Shown piece by piece: positions 34,377-39,997 of a stretch of 39,997 bases of DNA. Below the pieces are notes generated by a model. It was not told where the DNA came from. It did no database searches and saw only the letters and a program-made list of their open reading frames with translations. Position numbers and translations under genes: made by a program. The stretch's first letter is position 1, and each line of letters opens with the position of its first letter. Source of the DNA: an uncultured Gammaproteobacteria bacterium (GTDB lineage Bacteria > Patescibacteriota > Patescibacteriia > UBA1558 > S5-K13); assembly GCA_964636855.1 (NCBI GenBank), contig CAZWVD010000001.1, positions 1 through 39,997 of the forward strand. Reading direction: 5' to 3'.

Positions 34377-36641
34377 ATGAATCAAGAGGATATAGCCGAT
34401 AAATACATATCTAGAAATAAGGAATCTTACAAAAGAGACTCGTCTAAATGGAAGAATAAAAACGAGTGGGCAGTAGTAGGTGCAGTTAGAGATAGATTAC
34501 AAGAATTTTACAATGCAAGGTCTACATCTTGTTACCTGACATCTTTTACTGGTAGTAAAAGTTGGGATGTAAACTGGGATTTGGTAGAAAAGGATTATCT
34601 ACAATATGTAGGTGCTGTTGACCCAGACGATTTTAAGAGTAATCTTAAAAGTCCTATGGCATATAGAACCATATCGGCTATTGACGCAAGATACAGAAGG
34701 CAGGATTTAGAATTTTTAATAGACGCAAGAAACGAAGAAGATAAAGACAAGGCTACAATATTCAAATACATCTACAAGGATTATTTTAGAAGACACCCAG
34801 ATATAAGATACGAACTATTGGATGTATTTAAAATGACCGATGTATTGGGAACTGGCATAGCTTATATTCCATATACTAGAAAGACCAGAACTGTTAAAAT
34901 GCCAAATAGGACAGAGGGTTCTAAAGTAGGAGATATAGAAAATATAAAATACGAAAAGAAGGAAATCGTCGACTTTGACGATCCAGATTTTATGTATGTT
35001 AACCTTAAAGATTTTTATGTCGATCCAAATTGTAGAAATTTACATGGAAGAAACTATGCAGCTACTGATTGTGCATGGGTAACATATCCAACCATTGACC
35101 AATTCATGGACGAATTTGAAGGAGATCCAGAGGTGTTCAACTTAGATAAGGTTACTGCAGATAACAAGCAAGAACTTGCTACTAGTTTCTTTAAATTACC
35201 AAGAGATGTAGTTAAAGGAACAATAGAGTTAATAAGATATTATAATGTTTCTACTGATTCATTTATTGTAATAGCAAACGATGTATTGATTAGAAATACA
35301 CCACTCCCATACCAAGATAAGATGTTGCCATTTGTAAGATTTGTATGTGTAGAACATCCGGGACATTTTTATGGCAGAGGAATACCAGATATTATGCTTC
35401 AATTATCATCTGAAGACGCTGCAATTAGAAACCTACAATTAGACAGGGTCAAAATGACAATAGACGCACCAATACTTGCTGGTGCTACAGTATTTGGAGA
35501 TTTAGAAGAGCAATATCAAAGAATTGAACCAGGGCAAATTATTAAAGTAGGAGACATAAACCAAATAAAGACAATGGATTCTTCTACCATGCCATTTGAT
35601 TCATTTAGGCTTAGATCAGAACTTAAAGACGAGGCAGTTATGAGTACTGGCGTGAATCCTCAGGGAATGACACTCCCTATGGCATCTACACCCGCTACTA
35701 ACACTCTTACAATGAAGGAGACAATGCAGGATATGATTAACCTGTATTCAGATAACAAGATGAGAGGACTTAATTGGTATGGAATATTATTATTCTCAAG
35801 ATTTTGCGAGTTCTATTCTAGGCCTTCAAAACAAGAGTCTCTGAAATTAAACAAGAAGGCTTATAGAAAAATTAGATTAGAAGACATGGAGCTTCTAACA
35901 GATAAGAGTGGAAATCTACAGCAACATAAAATAAAGGGATACAAAACATTTGAGTTAAAACCTGAATACTTTAAATGGACTGCCGATCCAACTATTTATA
36001 TTTCTGCCGATTTTATAGCTCCTATATCAAAGGCTTGGCAAATGAGAAAGGCGCAGGAAATGTTGCCTCAGTTAGCACCTTTTGCGGGAGATCCTGATAC
36101 TCCTCTAAAAAATGGAGGGAAACCAATCATAAACATTAGAACTTTATTAAGAGAGTATGTAGACGTAATGGAATGGGGTGATAAGGACTTGTTAATAGAC
36201 GAAGACGAAGATAGAATAGATGAAATCACACAGGCACAGCAACAGCAAAAAGATATGCAAGACAATAAATTTGTTGCAGGACATCCGGGAGAACCAACTG
36301 CTCATAGATATACACATGCTGTAGAATTATTAGCATTAAACAATGCCGTGTCAAGCCAAGACTTTATAATGATGCCACCACAAATATCTCAACTTATGTT
36401 AAAATATAGAGATACTCTAGTAAAACATTTAGAGGAAGATAGTTTATTAACTTCAAATGCAGATATAGCAGCACTACAACAGGCTCAACCTCCAGTACAA
36501 CCAGAAGTTCCAATGAATAACGCAGTATCGGTTCCAACCGTTTCCGGTAATATGGGACTTCCAAACAGTGGAGGAATACCTGTTCCAAGTAAAATGGGCC
36601 CAGAAGATGTAATGGGACAAATGGCTGGACAAGCGTCTTAA
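34377..36641 (+). CDS. putative portal protein
   Basis: 754-aa ORF downstream of TerL in the head module. Called from size and synteny only. Confidence 0.55.
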   Translation: MNQEDIADKYISRNKESYKRDSSKWKNKNEWAVVGAVRDRLQEFYNARSTSCYLTSFTGSKSWDVNWDLVEKDYLQYVGAVDPDDFKSNLKSPMAYRTISAIDARYRRQDLEFLIDARNEEDKDKATIFKYIYKDYFRRHPDIRYELLDVFKMTDVLGTGIAYIPYTRKTRTVKMPNRTEGSKVGDIENIKYEKKEIVDFDDPDFMYVNLKDFYVDPNCRNLHGRNYAATDCAWVTYPTIDQFMDEFEGDPEVFNLDKVTADNKQELATSFFKLPRDVVKGTIELIRYYNVSTDSFIVIANDVLIRNTPLPYQDKMLPFVRFVCVEHPGHFYGRGIPDIMLQLSSEDAAIRNLQLDRVKMTIDAPILAGATVFGDLEEQYQRIEPGQIIKVGDINQIKTMDSSTMPFDSFRLRSELKDEAVMSTGVNPQGMTLPMASTPATNTLTMKETMQDMINLYSDNKMRGLNWYGILLFSRFCEFYSRPSKQESLKLNKKAYRKIRLEDMELLTDKSGNLQQHKIKGYKTFELKPEYFKWTADPTIYISADFIAPISKAWQMRKAQEMLPQLAPFAGDPDTPLKNGGKPIINIRTLLREYVDVMEWGDKDLLIDEDEDRIDEITQAQQQQKDMQDNKFVAGHPGEPTAHRYTHAVELLALNNAVSSQDFIMMPPQISQLMLKYRDTLVKHLEEDSLLTSNADIAALQQAQPPVQPEVPMNNAVSVPTVSGNMGLPNSGGIPVPSKMGPEDVMGQMAGQAS

Positions 36642-36658
36642 TTATAAATATATAGTAT

Positions 36659-36931
36659 ATGGAAATACCTAGAATAGCAGAAAAACCGTTAGAGTCATTA
36701 ACCAGAGAACAGAAATTAGCAATAGCTAGTTTAATAGACTCAGAAGGGTTTAAAGCTTTAAAAGAAATGACAGAATATTATGTTAGAGGTTCTGTTGTAG
36801 ACGAATTATTATCTAACGGTACTATGACACCAGAACAGTTGGTATATTATACAAGGGGTATGGCAATGGGTTCTAGATGGGTAATAGACCAAGTATCTAA
36901 GGCTAGTAAAATTGTAAATGACAAAAAGTGA
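36659..36931 (+). CDS. hypothetical protein (90 aa)
   Basis: ORF in the head module. Confidence 0.55.
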   Translation: MEIPRIAEKPLESLTREQKLAIASLIDSEGFKALKEMTEYYVRGSVVDELLSNGTMTPEQLVYYTRGMAMGSRWVIDQVSKASKIVNDKK

Positions 36932-37175
36932 AAGGAAAGAATACTTTGCTAAATGGTATAAAAAGAACCGTTCTAAAAAGATAGCGTATAGAAAAGCTCA
37001 TAAGGTAGACGACAAAATCAGACACAGGGCTAGACGTAAAATGGTAAAGAAACTTGGTAAGTCAAGAACGAATAATAAGGATATTCACCATGTAAATGGG
37101 AATCCAAAAGATAACAGTGACGGCAACCTACAAGTAGTAAAACGTTATCATAGCAAGGTTAATGGTAGACAATAA
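36918..37175 (+). CDS. small basic HNH-motif protein
   Basis: DIHHVNGNPKDNSDGNLQVVKRYH fits the H-N-(N)-H spacing. 85 aa. Confidence 0.55.
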   Translation: MTKSERKEYFAKWYKKNRSKKIAYRKAHKVDDKIRHRARRKMVKKLGKSRTNNKDIHHVNGNPKDNSDGNLQVVKRYHSKVNGRQ

Positions 37176-37185
37176 TTATGCGGTG

Positions 37186-37214
37186 TTGACAAAACGTTAA
37201 ACCCATAGTAATAT
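37186..37214 (+). promoter_or_regulatory. sigma70-type promoter TTGACA-17 nt-TAATAT
   Basis: Spacer counted by hand. Lies in the 177-bp gap before the scaffold/capsid genes. Confidence 0.5.
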
Positions 37215-37231
37215 TTTTATACCTGACTAGG

Positions 37232-37294
37232 AATAGAGGGCTATAATCTATGAATCGTTTGTCGGTGACGGTTCATAGGTTTAAGCTCTCTATT
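37232..37294 (+). ncRNA. nested-hairpin leader element upstream of the scaffold gene
   Basis: Outer stem AATAGAGGGCT/AGCTCTCTATT (one G-U pair, + strand only), inner stem CTATGAA/TTCATAG, followed by a T-rich tract. Confidence 0.4.
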
Positions 37295-37352
37295 TTCTAT
37301 TTAGTAGTAACCTCCGTAATGGAGCCCTACTTAATTTTTATACAATATAATT

Positions 37353-38237
37353 ATGCCAAATTTAGGCACATCTGTCAACCCATCGCTTTCCGATGATAAC
37401 TTGACAACAAACGTAAGTACCCCAGTCGCTGCGACTGATAACGTACAGGATACGTCAACTCCTAATAAACAATCGCAGCCTTCTGATCTTAGTGGAGATG
37501 CGGATTGGAAGAAAAGATACGACGATAGCTCTAAAGAAGCAAGAAGGATTAAAGCGGAAAAGGACAAACTTGAAGCAGACCTAAAAGCTTCTAACGAAAG
37601 AGAAATCAACTTTGCCTTAAAAAGTAAAGACAGATTTGTTGAGTACTTAGACTACGCAAACGTATCAGACCAAGAGAAGGAAAAATACATTCAGTGGTAT
37701 GACACCCAATATAAGTCGGACAATAGTGGGAAGGATATCAAGGAAAGTGTTGAGGCCAAAACTCCTGTAACTTCTCCATATAGAGAATCCGTCCTTAGTA
37801 GACTTGAAGAAGACGAGAAGGCTAGATACAACGAGAGACTTAGTGCATCACGTAATTTTTACGAAGCACCAGAAAACTCATCGTTAGACGATGCGACTAA
37901 AAAGCAGATTAATAACCTTGCTTACTTCTTGGATAATAAATACGGATTTGAGCCAATTAAAGCTTTAGAAGAAGCTAAAAAGAGAATTATAAGCCCAGAT
38001 ATGCTTAGAGACGAAGGATATTTACAAGGATTATCTGATAACAGATATATTGCAAGTAGGTCTAATCACGGAATTAACGGAAGAGGAACGAGTGGGTCTG
38101 GACAAGAGGATAGATTGCCATCTCAAGATGAAAAATTCTTGAAAACATACTTCCAAATGAAAGGATGGGAAGATAATTCAAAAGAGGCACAACAATATAA
38201 AAAGTACTACGTTGCAAGACTTGCAAGTAGGAATTGA
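37353..38237 (+). CDS. putative scaffolding protein
   Basis: Charged, helix-prone 294-aa ORF two genes upstream of the putative capsid gene. Called from position only. Confidence 0.45.
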   Translation: MPNLGTSVNPSLSDDNLTTNVSTPVAATDNVQDTSTPNKQSQPSDLSGDADWKKRYDDSSKEARRIKAEKDKLEADLKASNEREINFALKSKDRFVEYLDYANVSDQEKEKYIQWYDTQYKSDNSGKDIKESVEAKTPVTSPYRESVLSRLEEDEKARYNERLSASRNFYEAPENSSLDDATKKQINNLAYFLDNKYGFEPIKALEEAKKRIISPDMLRDEGYLQGLSDNRYIASRSNHGINGRGTSGSGQEDRLPSQDEKFLKTYFQMKGWEDNSKEAQQYKKYYVARLASRN

Positions 38238-38258
38238 TTTAATTAGAAATTTAAAAAT

Positions 38259-38792
38259 ATGTATATTGACAAATATGCAAACGGTGCTACAGGTAGACCT
38301 TTAGAAAAGGTTATTATCAATAATAGTTCCACAGTAAGAATTGGTGGAATGGTTAAATTAGTAGCAGGCGGTTGCGAACCAGCAGATGCAGTAAATGATA
38401 GGATTTACGGTATTTGCGTAGGTATCGTTACAAACGAAGGTAACGTTCAGATTCAGAACGCCTTACCTGCTCAATACGATGGAACATGGACAGAAGCCAC
38501 TAAATCTTATGCTGCTGCTTCAGACAACTTAACAGATAAAAAGGTAAAGGCATTAATAGAACCAGTAATTATGGGAGATACTCTCTTAGGATTATTAGAT
38601 GATACAAAAGCTACTACAACTGGATCTGGAACAGTAGGTTATTTCTTATCAGTATTAACAACTGATGAGTCAAAACTTGACGAGTCTACAGCTACAGCTA
38701 CACCAGAACAATTTATTATTGTTGATGGTGCACCTAAAAAGGGTGGTAACTGGGTTAGAGTTAAAGTTTGCGAATTACAAATAGCAAATTAA
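38259..38792 (+). CDS. hypothetical head-module protein (possible decoration or accessory protein)
   Basis: 177-aa ORF between the scaffold-like and capsid-like genes. Confidence 0.5.
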   Translation: MYIDKYANGATGRPLEKVIINNSSTVRIGGMVKLVAGGCEPADAVNDRIYGICVGIVTNEGNVQIQNALPAQYDGTWTEATKSYAAASDNLTDKKVKALIEPVIMGDTLLGLLDDTKATTTGSGTVGYFLSVLTTDESKLDESTATATPEQFIIVDGAPKKGGNWVRVKVCELQIAN

Positions 38793-38819
38793 TTATTTTA
38801 TTATTAGAACGTTTAGACA

Positions 38820-39818
38820 ATGGCAACAATGTTAACAACGAACATGGATAGACTCACAGTCCCAGGTGTAGAAGCTTGGATTGACGAAGAGGCTAAATTA
38901 TACAAACCAATGTTCACAAAATTGTTCACCCTTGAGACAACTTCAAGATTATATGAAGACGAGTCTTCATTCTCTGGAATTGACTTCCCAGAAGAAGTAG
39001 CAGAAAATGCTGCATCTCCTGAAAGTTCATTTAGTCTTGGTTATACTTGGAGGTACGAACAAAAGGTATTTAAAAGAAAAGTAGCAGTTTCAAAACTACT
39101 TGAAAAAACTGATTTATACGGCATTATTTCTGCAGAGAAGAACTCAAGAGCATTGGCTCAGGTTGCTGCTCAAGGTAGAGATGTAAATGCATTTTCAGTA
39201 TTTAGAAAAGCTTTTGATTCAACAGTTACATACGGAGACGGTGTATCTTTAGTTTCTGTAGCACATCCTAGAAAGAGTGGATCTGCGGTTCAAAGAAATA
39301 CATTCCTTGATGGTGTACAAAGAGTATTATCTTATGATAATGCTAAATTACTTGAAGATGTTTTAATCGAAGTATATTCAAACTCTGACATTCCATTGGA
39401 TGTAGCTATGAATAATAGGTTGGTACTTATGGTTCCTCCTTATTTGAGAGAGTCTGCATTACAAATCGCAGAGTGTGAAAAGATCCCAGGAACAGCAGAT
39501 GAGAGCATTAACTACTTCAAGGGTAGAAACTTTGACGTATTAGTTAACCCTTATATTTCTTGGAGATTCGCTTATAAGATGGGCGAAACAGCTTCAACAG
39601 ATAGAACTACTTTCGATAAGAGATGGTTCTTAATTGATCCTTCATTTGCTTCTAAGATTTTGAAATTCAAACAGATTCAAGATTTTGAGGTTAACGCTTG
39701 GGAAGATTACGATACTGATACTATGTATGCAAAAGTTGCAGACGTATATGCGGTAGGTACTTCTGGCTGGGTAGGCGTAGGCGGTTCACTAGGTGACGCA
39801 TCAACTTTAACTACATAG
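38820..39818 (+). CDS. putative major capsid protein
   Basis: 332-aa ORF at the end of the head module, followed by a hairpin terminator. Called from synteny only. Confidence 0.55.
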   Translation: MATMLTTNMDRLTVPGVEAWIDEEAKLYKPMFTKLFTLETTSRLYEDESSFSGIDFPEEVAENAASPESSFSLGYTWRYEQKVFKRKVAVSKLLEKTDLYGIISAEKNSRALAQVAAQGRDVNAFSVFRKAFDSTVTYGDGVSLVSVAHPRKSGSAVQRNTFLDGVQRVLSYDNAKLLEDVLIEVYSNSDIPLDVAMNNRLVLMVPPYLRESALQIAECEKIPGTADESINYFKGRNFDVLVNPYISWRFAYKMGETASTDRTTFDKRWFLIDPSFASKILKFKQIQDFEVNAWEDYDTDTMYAKVADVYAVGTSGWVGVGGSLGDASTLTT

Positions 39819-39836
39819 TTATAGTTCCGATTCATC

Positions 39837-39866
39837 GGGGAGTGGCTACCCTAAGTAGCCCCTTAT
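39837..39866 (+). terminator. hairpin terminator after the capsid gene
   Basis: ggctac-cctaa-gtagcc flanked by GGGG/CC, then ttattat. Confidence 0.5.
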
Positions 39867-39926
39867 TATCGGTTAGACTGCTTAGGTTAAAGCAGGTAAA
39901 TATTAAGATAAATAGATATAAATAGT

Positions 39927-39997
39927 ATGTCAGCAACACATTTTTCAGGACCAGTTGTATCCACAGACGGATTCACAGGTGCTGTAACAGGAAATGT
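39927..39997 (+). CDS. 5' end of the next structural gene (MSATHFSGPVVSTDGFTGAVTGN...), truncated by the window edge
   Basis: The frame from the ATG at 39927 stays open to the window end. Confidence 0.5.
   Translation, partial: MSATHFSGPVVSTDGFTGAVTGN

Noticed and set aside
1-39997. Search for CRISPR arrays, an integrase or attachment site, rRNA, transposase or IS ends
   Set aside because: No regularly spaced direct repeats, no tyrosine or serine recombinase motifs, and no terminal inverted repeats flanking a transposase-like ORF were seen.

Overview
AT-rich window that reads as most of a tailed-phage genome in five alternating strand blocks. (1) 1-12.4 kb (+): tail fibre and virion genes plus a lysis cluster. 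(2) 12.4-17.9 kb (-): C5 DNA methyltransferase, NrdD-like glycyl-radical mini-protein, AT-hook metallophosphoesterase, Cas4-like nuclease, Hjc-like resolvase and Rad52-like annealase. (3) 18.2-27.3 kb (+): DnaB-like helicase, primase zinc-finger protein, then two tandem pairs of amidoligase (GS-like, Amidoligase_2-type) plus class-II glutamine amidotransferase. (4) 27.4-31.4 kb (-): small early-type genes, about 1 kb without long ORFs, two aberrant tRNA-like elements, tRNA-Gln/Trp/Cys, two mini zinc-ribbon genes and an ATP-grasp ligase. (5) 31.5-40 kb (+): terminase, portal, HNH, scaffold and capsid genes. The best candidate for an undescribed system is the duplicated, zinc-ribbon-decorated amidoligase/GATase module, possibly working with the ATP-grasp/zinc-ribbon/tRNA operon. 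The ORF-poor structured region next to the tRNAs is the second candidate. No integrase, CRISPR array, rRNA or DNA/RNA polymerase was seen. All functional calls come from motifs I read in the translations, not from database searches.
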